This document shows, piece after piece, positions 1-11,240 of a stretch of 64,000 nucleotides of DNA. This stretch comes from Candidatus Palauibacter sp. (GTDB lineage: Bacteria > Gemmatimonadota > Gemmatimonadetes > Palauibacterales > Palauibacteraceae). The notes beneath the pieces were generated by a model. That model had not been told where the DNA came from. It was given only the letters and a program-made list of their open reading frames with translations, and ran no database searches. Positions within the stretch are counted from its first letter, which is position 1. Every line of letters starts with the position of its first letter. The DNA lies in contig NZ_OZ253465.1 of assembly GCF_965261555.1 (NCBI RefSeq), forward strand, positions 878,667 to 942,666, read 5' to 3'. A program made the translations under genes and the position numbers.

Positions 1-134
1 GAGAGGGGCTTGGAACGCGAGGAGGACCGCTTGGCGGCGATCGGCGCGGCCGGGGGTCACCTGGCTTAGCGTCGCAGCGACTCGCCACGTGCCAGAACTT
101 GCAGCACATATGCCGCCCAAGACATGTTGCTTAG

Positions 135-500
135 GTGGACTGGACGGTCGAGATCGCCGATGAGTTTGCGCCGGAGTTCCGCGCGTTGCAGGTGGAGGTG
201 CAGGACGCGATCCTGGCCGTGTCCCGCCTTTTGCAACACTTCGGACCGCAGTTGGGACGCCCGCGAGTGGACACGCTCAACGGGTCGCGCTACGCAAACA
301 TGAAGGAGTTGAGATTCAGTGCGGCGGATGGGCAATGGCGGGTCGCGTTCGCCTTCGATCCCAGGCGCACCGCCGTCCTGCTCGTTGCCGCCGACAAGTC
401 GGGCGGCGGTTCCAAGGCGTTTTATCGGACGCTCATCCGCAAGGCGGACGAGCGCTTCGAGCGGCACTTGGCGGGGCTCGCGATGGAAGGAGGGGCATGA
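135..500 (+). CDS. RelE/ParE-superfamily toxin, HigB/Gp49-like (type II TA toxin)
   Basis: 121-aa ORF with GTG start. Pattern ...KELRF...G.WRVAFAFDP...VLLV..DK.....FY...I..A matches addiction-module killer proteins. Its stop overlaps the downstream HTH gene in an ATGA junction. Confidence 0.55.
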   Translation: MDWTVEIADEFAPEFRALQVEVQDAILAVSRLLQHFGPQLGRPRVDTLNGSRYANMKELRFSAADGQWRVAFAFDPRRTAVLLVAADKSGGGSKAFYRTLIRKADERFERHLAGLAMEGGA

Positions 501-817
501 TGGCATTGAACGTGGACGACGTGATCGAGGGACTCGACGCGCAGCGGCGGCAAGGAGTGGAGGAGCGCGCTGCTCAACTCATCGCCGAGGAAATGACGCT
601 ACGCGAGCTGCGCGAGGCCCGGCGGCTCACCCAAGTCAGCTTGGCACGCGAACTCGGCATCGGCCAGGAAGGCATATCGCGACTGGAAAAGCGTAGCGAC
701 CTCCTTCTCTCGACTCTGCGCCGAACCGTGGAAGCCATGGGAGGCACGCTCTCGCTGATCGCGAGGTTCCCAGACCGACCATCTGTCGAGTTGTCCGGCA
801 TCGCCGATCCGGAATAG
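497..817 (+). CDS. XRE-family HTH antitoxin (HigA-like)
   Basis: 106 aa. Helix-turn-helix signature ...LRELREARRLTQVSLARELGIGQEGISRLEK... Start ATG overlaps the toxin stop (ATGA), the typical toxin-first HigBA arrangement. Confidence 0.55.
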   Translation: MMALNVDDVIEGLDAQRRQGVEERAAQLIAEEMTLRELREARRLTQVSLARELGIGQEGISRLEKRSDLLLSTLRRTVEAMGGTLSLIARFPDRPSVELSGIADPE

Positions 818-1070
818 CAACCCTGTTTCCCCAGCCTCTCTTGGGCCCGCCGAGCGCACAGCGCGTAACTTGGTGGGCTAGGGCCGCAGCCCACCGCGCC
901 AAGTCGGGAGCGTTAGACGCGAGCGGAGGTTGTGCGGCCTCTCGTGTCTCAACATGCTTGCCCGTGACGCTTACCCGTGCCCACGAAAGCTCATCCTGTA
1001 TAACCAATGGTCTCGTACAAGCCGCCATGGTCTCAGCAACGGTCCATCATCCAGTCCAGGGCGTGAGGCG

Positions 1071-3257
1071 GTGAGTCGTTTGCGGGGTTTTCCCTTGGCC
1101 GAGCTCGTGACCCTCGGACTGGTCGTGGCCCTTGTTCCGGGGTGTGGCAGTGAGGAGTCAGCGGGTCCAGTGCCCCCTCCCCCGCCGGAGCCCGCGCGAC
1201 CGGCCTCCGTCTCGGTCACTCCGGCCACGGTCGTGCTGACGGCCTGGCGAGACACGGTTCGGTTCTTGGCGGAGGTGCGCGACCAGCGCGGGCGCCCGCT
1301 AGAAGACGTGGCGGTGGCGTGGACGAGCGGCGACTCGGCGGTGGCGGTCGTGGATGGCTCCGGACTGGTGACGGCCGCAGGCAACGGAACCGCATTGGTG
1401 ATAGCGACCTCGGGGACGGTGTCGGCAACAGCGTCGTTGACCGTGATGCAGGAGGTGAGCCGAGTGACGGTCACGCCTGCGACCGACACGCTGGTCGCCG
1501 GCGACACGCGGCGCCTGTCCGCAGAGGCGTTCGACGCAAACGGACACACGGTGGCGAACACGGCTTTCGCCTGGAGCACAAGCGACGCGGCCGTTGCCAC
1601 CGTTGATTCCACCGGGTTGCTGCGCGGGGTGGCCGCGGGCACGGCCGTGATCGCGGCAGCCGCAGGGAGCGCGGAGGGGATGTCCGAGATCGTCGTGACC
1701 GTCGCGGGAGAGAACACCGACCGGGCGGCTCTGGTCGCCCTCTACGAAGCGACAGACGGACCGAACTGGACTAACAGCGGGAACTGGCTAACCGACGCGC
1801 CGCTGGGCGAGTGGTACGGCGTCTGGACCGACGCTTCCGGGCGGGTGATCCGCTTGGATCTCCGCGGCAGCTGGGACATCCTGTCTGTTACGGGAAATAA
1901 CCTCCGAGGTGCGCTCCCGGCTGAACTAGGGAGTCTCACTGCCCTTGAGATTCTGAACCTTACGCACAATGAACTGATCGGCCCGATCCCCCCGGAGCTG
2001 GGCAACCTGACCAGCCTCGACAGCCTGCAATTGTGGCAGAGCTCACTGATCGGCGAAATCCCGCCGGAACTGGGGAGTCTCAATGGCCTCCGGCTTCTGT
2101 CGCTGGGCTTCAACGAGTTGATTGGCAGAATTCCCCCCGAGCTTGGGAGTCTCACCAACCTCGAGATTCTGCACCTTTCCGGGAACGGGCTGACGGGGGA
2201 GATCCCACCGGAGCTGGGGAGCCTCGCCAACCTTCGGAAGTTGAACTTGCAAGGTAACGAATTGGCGGGGCCAATCCCGCGGGAGCTAGGGAATCTCGCC
2301 AACCTCGAAGAGATGTGGTTGAACTTCAACAGCTTGACGGGGGCAATCCCACCACAGTTGGGGAACTTGGCAAATCTCAAGATACTGATCCCGCAATTCA
2401 ACAAGCTGACGGGGCCGATCCCCCCGGAGCTGGGCAACCTCACCCGCCTCGAGCGGATGAACCTGCTCGCGAACGAGCTGGACGGATCAATCCCACCGGA
2501 GTTGGGGAACCTGCCTCGCCTCCGGCAGCTGAACTTGCAATCGAACGAGTTGACGGGGCCGGTCCCCCCAGAGCTGGGGAACCTCGCGAACATTGAGGCG
2601 CTGTCCCTGTCTGGCAACAAGCTGGTGGGGAGTATCCCGCCAGAGTTGGCAGACCTCAAGCGTCTCAAGCGGCTTCTCCTGGATAGCAACGAATTGACGG
2701 GCCGTATCCCCCCGGAGCTGGCAGGCATCGCGGCACTGGAGGGTCTGGCTGTGAGTTGGAACGCGCTCACGGGGAATATCCCGCCGGAGCTGGGGAACCT
2801 CGCTGCCCTCGAGTACCTGCATGTGTCCGAGACCGCTATTGCGGGCAAGGTGCCCCCGGAGTTGGGGAACCTTTCCAATCTGGATGCCTTGTACTTGTTC
2901 GGGAACGCACTGACCGGGGAGGTTCCGACCTCGTTCCTAGAGTTGACCCGGCTCCGGTCGTTTTATTGGCACGAAAATGACGGCGACCCTGCCTTGTGCG
3001 TGCCCGTCTCGCAGCCGTTCGACAGTCTGCTCGTAGGGCTGGAAGCTTGGGACGGACCGCGGTGTGCGTCGTCACGAAAGGACGCTCGCCCACCGTTGGG
3101 GGCGCGGCCTACGTGGCCGGGCGAAACGTCCGTGCTCCCTCGCGGCTTCCCCCACGGCGGCTGGCGTACAGGAGAGTGGCCGCCGCCTCCGCCCGCTCAT
3201 CCTTTCTCCGTTCCGTTCCGCCTCCCGCCTATGCCGGGAGGCGGCGACGCTCGATGA
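1071..3257 (+). CDS. Lipoprotein with two Big_2 (bacterial Ig-like) domains followed by ~18 plant-type leucine-rich repeats
   Basis: GTG start at 1071 in frame with the track ORF 930..3257. Lipobox LVPGCGS. Big_2-like segments (VSVTPATVVL...TALVIATSGTVSATASLTV). Then regular 24-residue repeats LxxLxxLxLxxNxLtGxIPPELGNL. Confidence 0.7.
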   Translation: MSRLRGFPLAELVTLGLVVALVPGCGSEESAGPVPPPPPEPARPASVSVTPATVVLTAWRDTVRFLAEVRDQRGRPLEDVAVAWTSGDSAVAVVDGSGLVTAAGNGTALVIATSGTVSATASLTVMQEVSRVTVTPATDTLVAGDTRRLSAEAFDANGHTVANTAFAWSTSDAAVATVDSTGLLRGVAAGTAVIAAAAGSAEGMSEIVVTVAGENTDRAALVALYEATDGPNWTNSGNWLTDAPLGEWYGVWTDASGRVIRLDLRGSWDILSVTGNNLRGALPAELGSLTALEILNLTHNELIGPIPPELGNLTSLDSLQLWQSSLIGEIPPELGSLNGLRLLSLGFNELIGRIPPELGSLTNLEILHLSGNGLTGEIPPELGSLANLRKLNLQGNELAGPIPRELGNLANLEEMWLNFNSLTGAIPPQLGNLANLKILIPQFNKLTGPIPPELGNLTRLERMNLLANELDGSIPPELGNLPRLRQLNLQSNELTGPVPPELGNLANIEALSLSGNKLVGSIPPELADLKRLKRLLLDSNELTGRIPPELAGIAALEGLAVSWNALTGNIPPELGNLAALEYLHVSETAIAGKVPPELGNLSNLDALYLFGNALTGEVPTSFLELTRLRSFYWHENDGDPALCVPVSQPFDSLLVGLEAWDGPRCASSRKDARPPLGARPTWPGETSVLPRGFPHGGWRTGEWPPPPPAHPFSVPFRLPPMPGGGDAR

Positions 3258-3370
3258 GGCGTAGGTGCCTTGCGGCGCTATTGTGAGCAGGGAACAGATG
3301 TCCGTGTGGCACCGGAGGAGAGCCATGATGCTATGTGCCTATCCGATCCCCTCGCATCCGAAGCTAATGG

Positions 3371-3667
3371 TCAGTTGATTGGGACATTGCCAGGCTTTGC
3401 ATGCAGAATCTCTCGAATCTTCCTAATGTGAGATTCCCGGATCGACCTTTCCCGCACTTCCAGTTCGGCCATCTCACTCGCACAAAACTCGGCCGCCGAT
3501 CGCTCCTCACCCGACAACCGCCTCACGGCATCGTCAAGAGCCGCTCGAGCCCAAGCCTTCAACGAAGGTGCTCCCTGTACATGTGCGGCCCCCTTATAGA
3601 GCCAGTGATTCTCAAGCGGAAATGCGATGTGCCTTTCCGTCGGTTCATCAGGTCGTTTCCCTGTCAT
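3371..3667 (-). CDS. Hypothetical small protein in a local low-GC patch
   Basis: 98-aa ORF in a ~430-bp stretch (3290-3720) of visibly lower GC than its surroundings. No recognisable motif. Coding status uncertain. Confidence 0.3.
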   Translation of the reverse strand: MTGKRPDEPTERHIAFPLENHWLYKGAAHVQGAPSLKAWARAALDDAVRRLSGEERSAAEFCASEMAELEVRERSIRESHIRKIREILHAKPGNVPIN

Positions 3668-3716
3668 TCTCTGTCCCTCCTCGGTCCGTGCGAGCTGTCG
3701 ACGATCACTTGACGGC

Positions 3717-4079
3717 CTAGCCGTCGCGGTGGGCGGTGTCGGGGGAAAAGGCGGGGAGGCAGATGGCGATGTACTCGGCGCCTTCCGGGCTCGGCGTGCT
3801 GTAGCGGACCCATTCGCCGGCGTGCGTGACGACCGCTTGGCCAGCCTCCACGTCCAGGGCGCCGGCTTCGTGCTCTACGCGCAGTGATCCGCGCAGCACG
3901 ACGGTGATCTCCTCGAACTCGGGACGCTGACCGGGCTCGACCCACCCGGAGGGCGCCACCATGCGCGCCACGCTGACGCCCTCGTGTCCCGTTCGGACGC
4001 GGCCGGCGTACTCCTCGATGCGCTTGGGCTTGTTCCCGGCCGCCTCGATGACGGCCGGGGCTTCGATCAAAACGGGCAT
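3717..4079 (-). CDS. Cupin-domain protein
   Basis: Chosen start MPVLIEAPAVIEAAGNKP... at the ATG whose reverse complement is 4077-4079. The sequence ...GWVEPGQRPEFEEITVVLRGSLRVEHEAG...VVTHAGEWVRY... has a small beta-barrel cupin pattern. The N-terminal 42 codons of the track ORF look non-coding. Confidence 0.5.
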   Translation of the reverse strand: MPVLIEAPAVIEAAGNKPKRIEEYAGRVRTGHEGVSVARMVAPSGWVEPGQRPEFEEITVVLRGSLRVEHEAGALDVEAGQAVVTHAGEWVRYSTPSPEGAEYIAICLPAFSPDTAHRDG

Positions 4080-4113
4080 GTCCGGGACTGGGCCCGGCGT
4101 ACTCCCGCTGTCC

Positions 4114-6150
<2,037 letters not shown>

Positions 6151-6183
6151 GTCGGATCCTTCGATTGGGGTGAACTTCACGAA

Positions 6184-6855
6184 TCAGCCGCCCGGCTCCG
6201 GCGCGGCGAGCGCCTCGAGCATGATTTCCATGCGGGCGATTTCCGTGGCCTGATCGACGTGGATGTCGGAGGCCAGCTTGAAGACAAAGTCATCCTGCGC
6301 GGCGCCGTCCGTCGCGAACAATTCCCGCACCATCGTGACGGCGCCCTTGTGGTGCTGGATCATGTACCGGAGGAAGAGGCGGTCGAAGTCGGGGCCGCGC
6401 GCGGCCTCGAGTTCCGCGAGTTGTTCCGGGGTCAGCATCCCGGCCATGAGCATGGCCCCTTCCGCGTGGCCCCGCATGTCTCCGGTCTCGGGCACGGGGA
6501 GGCCGCGGTCGGAGAGCCAGCGGCTCATGACGGCGATCTCATCGGTCTGCGCGTTGATGATCCTGGCGCAGAGGGTCCGGATCGAAGGGCTCGCATCGTT
6601 GTCGGGCGCGAACCCGGCCATCACGAGCGCCTGCGCGTGGTGCGGAATCATGTGCGTCATGAAGCGGATGTCCGCCTCGTGCGCACCCTCGAGGGCGGCT
6701 TCGGCGCGCGCCTCGTAGATGGCTTCGAGTTCGGCGATGCGCGCCGCGTCTGGGCGGACGGCCTCGTCGGACGGACCGCGCCCCGCACTCGCGCACGCCT
6801 GGGCGGCCGCGAGAAGTCCTGTGAGGAGGATGAGAAGCCTGCGCTGGGTCCTCAT
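6184..6855 (-). CDS. DUF305 family protein (secreted or lipoprotein)
   Basis: Signal peptide with LLAAAQACASA. Two copies of the DUF305 hallmark (FMTHMIPHHAQAL and YMIQHHKGAV). Confidence 0.7.
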   Translation of the reverse strand: MRTQRRLLILLTGLLAAAQACASAGRGPSDEAVRPDAARIAELEAIYEARAEAALEGAHEADIRFMTHMIPHHAQALVMAGFAPDNDASPSIRTLCARIINAQTDEIAVMSRWLSDRGLPVPETGDMRGHAEGAMLMAGMLTPEQLAELEAARGPDFDRLFLRYMIQHHKGAVTMVRELFATDGAAQDDFVFKLASDIHVDQATEIARMEIMLEALAAPEPGG

Positions 6856-7000
6856 GCTTCGCCGTTCGGTACCGTTTGTCCGGGTCCACCGTTCGCGGGC
6901 GCGTCACGACCCGGAACGACGGACCAGCATACCGGGAGAACCGTACCGAATTCAATCGCCAACGGTTTCGCAGGTGGGAGGCGGGGTCCGGCCAGCGGGG

Positions 7001-8197
7001 CTACCGGTAGCGGTAGAGCCGGACCTCCTCCTCGTCGAGGGCGTTCGTCTGGAGGAGGACGAAGCGGCCGGCATCGATCGCCAACACCGTCGCTCCTTCA
7101 GGAAGGTCAAGCTGTCCGCGCGGCTGCCCGTCGGGGCCGAGGACGAGCCAGCGTCGCGTCTCGTCGCCCGCCCGGGCCGCGAGCCCGATCCACACCATTT
7201 CGTCGGGCCCCAGGACCGCGGAGTGGAAGGCCGGATGGGTCTCCCGCCAGGGGGCGTTCCGGACGAATTCCACGTAATAGTCGGGGACGTCCGGACCCCT
7301 GCGGGCGAGCCGTGCCGCTCTCCATGCCTCGATTTCTTCGTCCGTCACGGTCCACCCCCCGCCTGAGCCCCGGATCAGACGCGTCAGCCGCCCGTCGGCC
7401 GCGTAGACGGAGAGGCTCAGTACATCGTTATCCGCGATCAGGGCGCGGTCGCGGAAGCCGCCGGCCACGATGTTCCTCCCGAACGCCGGTTCGGTGCGCG
7501 TCATCCCACCGCCCGGCATGCCGCCGTAGGTCCATTCCTGGGCGGGCAGCATTCCGAGCGTGTCGGGCTCCGTCCCGGAATCGGTGAACGAAAGGAGGGG
7601 CGTCGTGTCCCGCTTCATCCCCTCCGGGAGGAAGAAGCGCTGCTCTCCCAGGATCGCCAGCATGCGCCCGGCCGCGTCTCTCGCGAGCGGTTTCAGGGAC
7701 ACGATGGCGCTCTGGGGGGAGAGAGGGGATGACGTGAGAAACTCCCCGCTCTCCGAAAACTCGCTGAGGCGAGCCAGGCGCGCGTCGTACGCCAGGAACC
7801 CTTCGTCCGTGGCGAGGAGCGTGGTGACGCTGCTGAACTCGCCGGGCCCCTCGCCCTGCCCCCCGATCCTGGCCGTCATCGAACCCGCACCGGAGAAGAG
7901 CAGCACCTCGCTCGAACCGGTATTGGCCAGCGCGAGGCCGCCGTTTCCGAGCAGGACGGCGTCACCGACCCAGAACAACTCGATCCCGAGATCCCGGGTC
8001 GAGAAGATGAGGTCCGCCTCCAGGAGGGATACCGATAGTTCCTCCACTCGGCCCAGAGCGACGTTCGTGACGCCCGCCGAATCGGAGACCACTACCACGT
8101 TCGGGGGTTGATCTTCGGGCTCGGAGTGAACGCCGCCGCAGGCGACGGCCGCGCAACAGAGGAGTCCGACGGCAGGGAGGCGTCCGGAAATGCGCAT
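7001..8197 (-). CDS. NHL-repeat beta-propeller lipoprotein (paralog of 18191..19264)
   Basis: Lipobox LLCCAAVACGG. NHL-like unit GGQGEGPGEFSSVTTLLATDEG.FLAYDARLARL. Shares the G.G.GPGEF motif with the 18191 gene. Confidence 0.5.
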   Translation of the reverse strand: MRISGRLPAVGLLCCAAVACGGVHSEPEDQPPNVVVVSDSAGVTNVALGRVEELSVSLLEADLIFSTRDLGIELFWVGDAVLLGNGGLALANTGSSEVLLFSGAGSMTARIGGQGEGPGEFSSVTTLLATDEGFLAYDARLARLSEFSESGEFLTSSPLSPQSAIVSLKPLARDAAGRMLAILGEQRFFLPEGMKRDTTPLLSFTDSGTEPDTLGMLPAQEWTYGGMPGGGMTRTEPAFGRNIVAGGFRDRALIADNDVLSLSVYAADGRLTRLIRGSGGGWTVTDEEIEAWRAARLARRGPDVPDYYVEFVRNAPWRETHPAFHSAVLGPDEMVWIGLAARAGDETRRWLVLGPDGQPRGQLDLPEGATVLAIDAGRFVLLQTNALDEEEVRLYRYR

Positions 8198-8304
8198 GTT
8201 CCCGTCCCGGTTGAGACATCGGTGATGTTGACCGCTGTCCGCGGAATGGCGGCCTCATTCCTTGGAGGCGCCATGCCGGCCGGGGGTTGTCTCCGGTGAA
8301 CCGG

Positions 8305-9477
8305 CTACTGGGAGGCGGGTACTCCCAGCGCGCGCTCCAGCGCCGCGTTCCCTCCCACGACCGGGAGCGAGATGCTCGTGGCGCCGAGGTCGACGGTCAG
8401 GGTCGTGCCGGGGTCGGGGTGGAGCGTGAACGACTGGTCGCTGGAGAAGATCATCAGGCCGATGCGGGCCCCGGCGGGGATCACCCGGTCGTCGGGCTGC
8501 AGGGCGAACTCCAGTTCGACGAACTCTCCCGGCGCAAGCGGCGTGCCGGTGCGGGGCGACGCGATGTCCTCGGCGCGCGCGTTCGACGGATCGGCCCAGC
8601 CCTTCGTGATGAGGTTGTCGTTGATCTCCCCGCCCCCGGTCCACGGCAGCGACACCAGCCACACGGACAGGTTGGCGGCGGGCGCGTCCGCCGACACCCG
8701 CACGCGGACGGTGGCGACGCCCGAGAGATGGACGTCCTCGCGCAGTTCGGGGGTCGCGTAGAGGAGACGGTGGTTCGACCACTCCGCGGCGGCGAGCTGG
8801 TCGCCAGCGAAGGAGAAGTTGTCGACGATCACACCGGTTCCCGCGCCCGTGCCAGGGGCGGCCCCCGCAGCGTCGCCGGCCCCCGATCCGTCGAGGGAGA
8901 GGGTCCCGATCCAGTGTCCGTCGCCCCCCGGAGGATGGAGGACCACGCTCTCGGCCTCGGGGTGGGGATAGCTCGGGTAGGGCGTGGGCTCCCGCGGGTC
9001 GTCTCCCTCTCGCACGATCCACGCCTCGGGGTCGTCTTCCACTCCGTTCTCCACACCGGCCACATAGCGGGTGAACCAGCGGTTCATGAGTTCGAGCGGC
9101 GGCGGGCCCCCGTGCCCGCCCTGGTGATAGAAGATCTGGAGCGGCACGCCCCGCTCCCGCAGTGCCATCGAGATGCGGTAGCTGTGCTCGGGCATGACGT
9201 TCCAGTCATTGAAGCCGTGGCTCATGAGGGTGGCGGCGCGCACGCCATCGATGTGGTTCAGGTAATCCCGGCCGGCCCAGAAGTCGCTGTAGTCGCCGGT
9301 CGCGCGGTCGAGATTCGCGGTCATCTCGTCGCGGACGTTGGCGAGGCAATCCGCGAAGGCCGGGACGATCTGCGCCTGCCCGTCCTCGATGACGAGTCCG
9401 GTCTGGGCGGCGGCCGCCGCCGGAAGCAGGGCGAACGCGAGAAGGGCCGCTGCGGGTGCCAGGCGCGACGGAATCAT
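8305..9477 (-). CDS. CocE/NonD (S15 X-Pro dipeptidyl-peptidase) family C-terminal region with its own signal peptide; possibly an N-terminally truncated gene
   Basis: The signal peptide MIPSRLAPAAALLAFALLPAAAAAQ is followed directly by the distal part of an alpha/beta-hydrolase fold (HGFNDWNV, YHQGGHGGP). A C-terminal beta-sandwich domain follows. The nucleophile-Ser half of the fold is absent. Confidence 0.45.
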   Translation of the reverse strand: MIPSRLAPAAALLAFALLPAAAAAQTGLVIEDGQAQIVPAFADCLANVRDEMTANLDRATGDYSDFWAGRDYLNHIDGVRAATLMSHGFNDWNVMPEHSYRISMALRERGVPLQIFYHQGGHGGPPPLELMNRWFTRYVAGVENGVEDDPEAWIVREGDDPREPTPYPSYPHPEAESVVLHPPGGDGHWIGTLSLDGSGAGDAAGAAPGTGAGTGVIVDNFSFAGDQLAAAEWSNHRLLYATPELREDVHLSGVATVRVRVSADAPAANLSVWLVSLPWTGGGEINDNLITKGWADPSNARAEDIASPRTGTPLAPGEFVELEFALQPDDRVIPAGARIGLMIFSSDQSFTLHPDPGTTLTVDLGATSISLPVVGGNAALERALGVPASQ

Positions 9478-9526
9478 GGGTTGGCTCCTGATGTGTCGAT
9501 ACGTGGCCGCTGATCTTCCGCGGCGG

Positions 9527-11203
9527 TCAGGGTCGCCGCAACGGACGGCCGGCGAGTTCGCCGGTCACCTCGTCGTCGCGGATCGCGAAGCGGCCGTTCA
9601 CGAGCAGGTGAACGACACCCTCGGACAACTGGTGCGGATCGTCGTAGGTCGCGCGGTCCGTGAACCGGTCGAGATCGATGACCGCGATGTCGGCGACCAT
9701 CCCCTCGCGGATATAACCGCGATCGTCGAGGCGGAGGAAGTCCGCGGCGAGGCCCGACATGCCCCGGATCGCGAACGGCAGCCCGATCGCGCCATCCCGG
9801 TCCACGAAGTCCTTGATCTTCTTCGGGAAGGTCCCGTACACGCGGGGGTGCACGATCTCGGCCCCCGGGGCGGGCGTCGCACCGTCGGTGCACGTCATCA
9901 TCCACGGCATCGTGGCGAGGTAGCGCGTGTTCTCAACGTCGTAGAGATCGCGGTTCATCACCCACGGGTTCGACTCGGACATGATCTCGCGCACGGCCTC
10001 GGGGACGGGCAGCCCGCGCTCGGCCGCCACATCGGCCAGCGTCTTGCCGTTGAACTCGGGCCTCGCGTCGGCGAACACGATCTTCTCCGGGCCGCCGCGG
10101 ATGTCGAGCATCTCCATCGTCTGCACGTCGAGGATCCGGGCCGTATCCGGGTTCGCGAAGCGGCGCACCATCTGCTCCGGGCCGCCGGCCTGCGCCCAGC
10201 GCGGGATCGTGTAGGCCCGCAGGCTCGACATCGTGGACGTGTAGACGTGCTGTGCGCCCGCCACCTCGATGCCCTCGGCGCGCGCCGAGTCGATGATCGC
10301 CGCGCCCTCCGAGGCCCGGCCGTAGAGCGCGGCCCCCTGCGCGTTGAAATGGCTGAAAATCGTGCGGAGCCCCGACTCCGCGCCGATGTGGATCGCCTCG
10401 CGGATCGAGTTGTGGTAGCCGATGCCCTGATAGGCCGCCCCGAGATCGCGGTCGTGGGTATCGTAGACCGGGGCGTGCTCCCCGCCGATGGGGTACTCCG
10501 CCGCCACCCGGCCGAGTTCGATGACCTCGTCGGCCTCCGCGTAGTAGCCCGGCGTATAGAAGAGTCCGGTGGAGAGCCCGAAGGCGCCGTCCTCCATCCC
10601 CTTCCGGACGAGCACCTTCATCTCATCGAGTTCCGCCGCGGTCGGGGCGCGGTTGTCCATGCCCATGACCGTCCCCCGCACGGAGCCGTGTCCGATATAG
10701 GAGACGATGTTCTTCCCGACGCCGGATTCCTCGAGGTCCGCGTAGAGCGCGGCGAGGTCCGTGCTGCTCGAGCCGTCGACCCCGATCACGCCCGTCGTGA
10801 TGCCCTGCGTGAGGAATTCGACCGCGGGGAGCCCGTACGCCTCGCCGACGGTGATAACGCTGATGTGGCTGTGCATGTCGATGAAGCCGGGCGTGAGCAG
10901 GAGGCCGTCGAGCGCGATCGTGTCCCGCGTGGCGAGCGCCGCCTCGCTCGCCGCAGCGTCACCGACGAACGTGATCCGGTCGCCCTCCACCGCCACGTCG
11001 GCCGCGAACGACGCCTCCCCCGACCCGTCGATCACCGTCGCCCCGGTGAACAGAACGCTCGTCGGGACGATCTCCGCTTCCGCCTCAGGGGCGTCGCCCG
11101 GCGCGCAGGCCACCGTCACACCCGCCAGCACGAGACACGCGGCGGGGATCCGCCATCGCAGCGGGATGGCGTCCGACATACTCTCAACGCGCTCGACGTT
11201 CAT
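9527..11203 (-). CDS. Amidohydrolase-family protein, D-aminoacylase (N-acyl-D-amino-acid deacylase)-like, lipoprotein
   Basis: Start MNVERVES at 11203. The upstream 198 codons of the track ORF are Arg/Ser-rich antisense to rph. Lipobox AGVTVACAP. Metal-binding FIDMHSH. Has the D-aminoacylase-like central and C-terminal regions. Confidence 0.65.
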   Translation of the reverse strand: MNVERVESMSDAIPLRWRIPAACLVLAGVTVACAPGDAPEAEAEIVPTSVLFTGATVIDGSGEASFAADVAVEGDRITFVGDAAASEAALATRDTIALDGLLLTPGFIDMHSHISVITVGEAYGLPAVEFLTQGITTGVIGVDGSSSTDLAALYADLEESGVGKNIVSYIGHGSVRGTVMGMDNRAPTAAELDEMKVLVRKGMEDGAFGLSTGLFYTPGYYAEADEVIELGRVAAEYPIGGEHAPVYDTHDRDLGAAYQGIGYHNSIREAIHIGAESGLRTIFSHFNAQGAALYGRASEGAAIIDSARAEGIEVAGAQHVYTSTMSSLRAYTIPRWAQAGGPEQMVRRFANPDTARILDVQTMEMLDIRGGPEKIVFADARPEFNGKTLADVAAERGLPVPEAVREIMSESNPWVMNRDLYDVENTRYLATMPWMMTCTDGATPAPGAEIVHPRVYGTFPKKIKDFVDRDGAIGLPFAIRGMSGLAADFLRLDDRGYIREGMVADIAVIDLDRFTDRATYDDPHQLSEGVVHLLVNGRFAIRDDEVTGELAGRPLRRP

Positions 11204-11240
11204 CGGTTCTTCCTTTTTTACCTTCGACCGAGGCTGCCCC

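Noticed and set aside
1742-2878. 378-aa minus-strand ORF with repeated LPSSGGI peptide
   Set aside because: Exactly antisense to the LRR repeat array. Its periodicity is a mirror of the sense-strand repeats, with no start context or independent signal.
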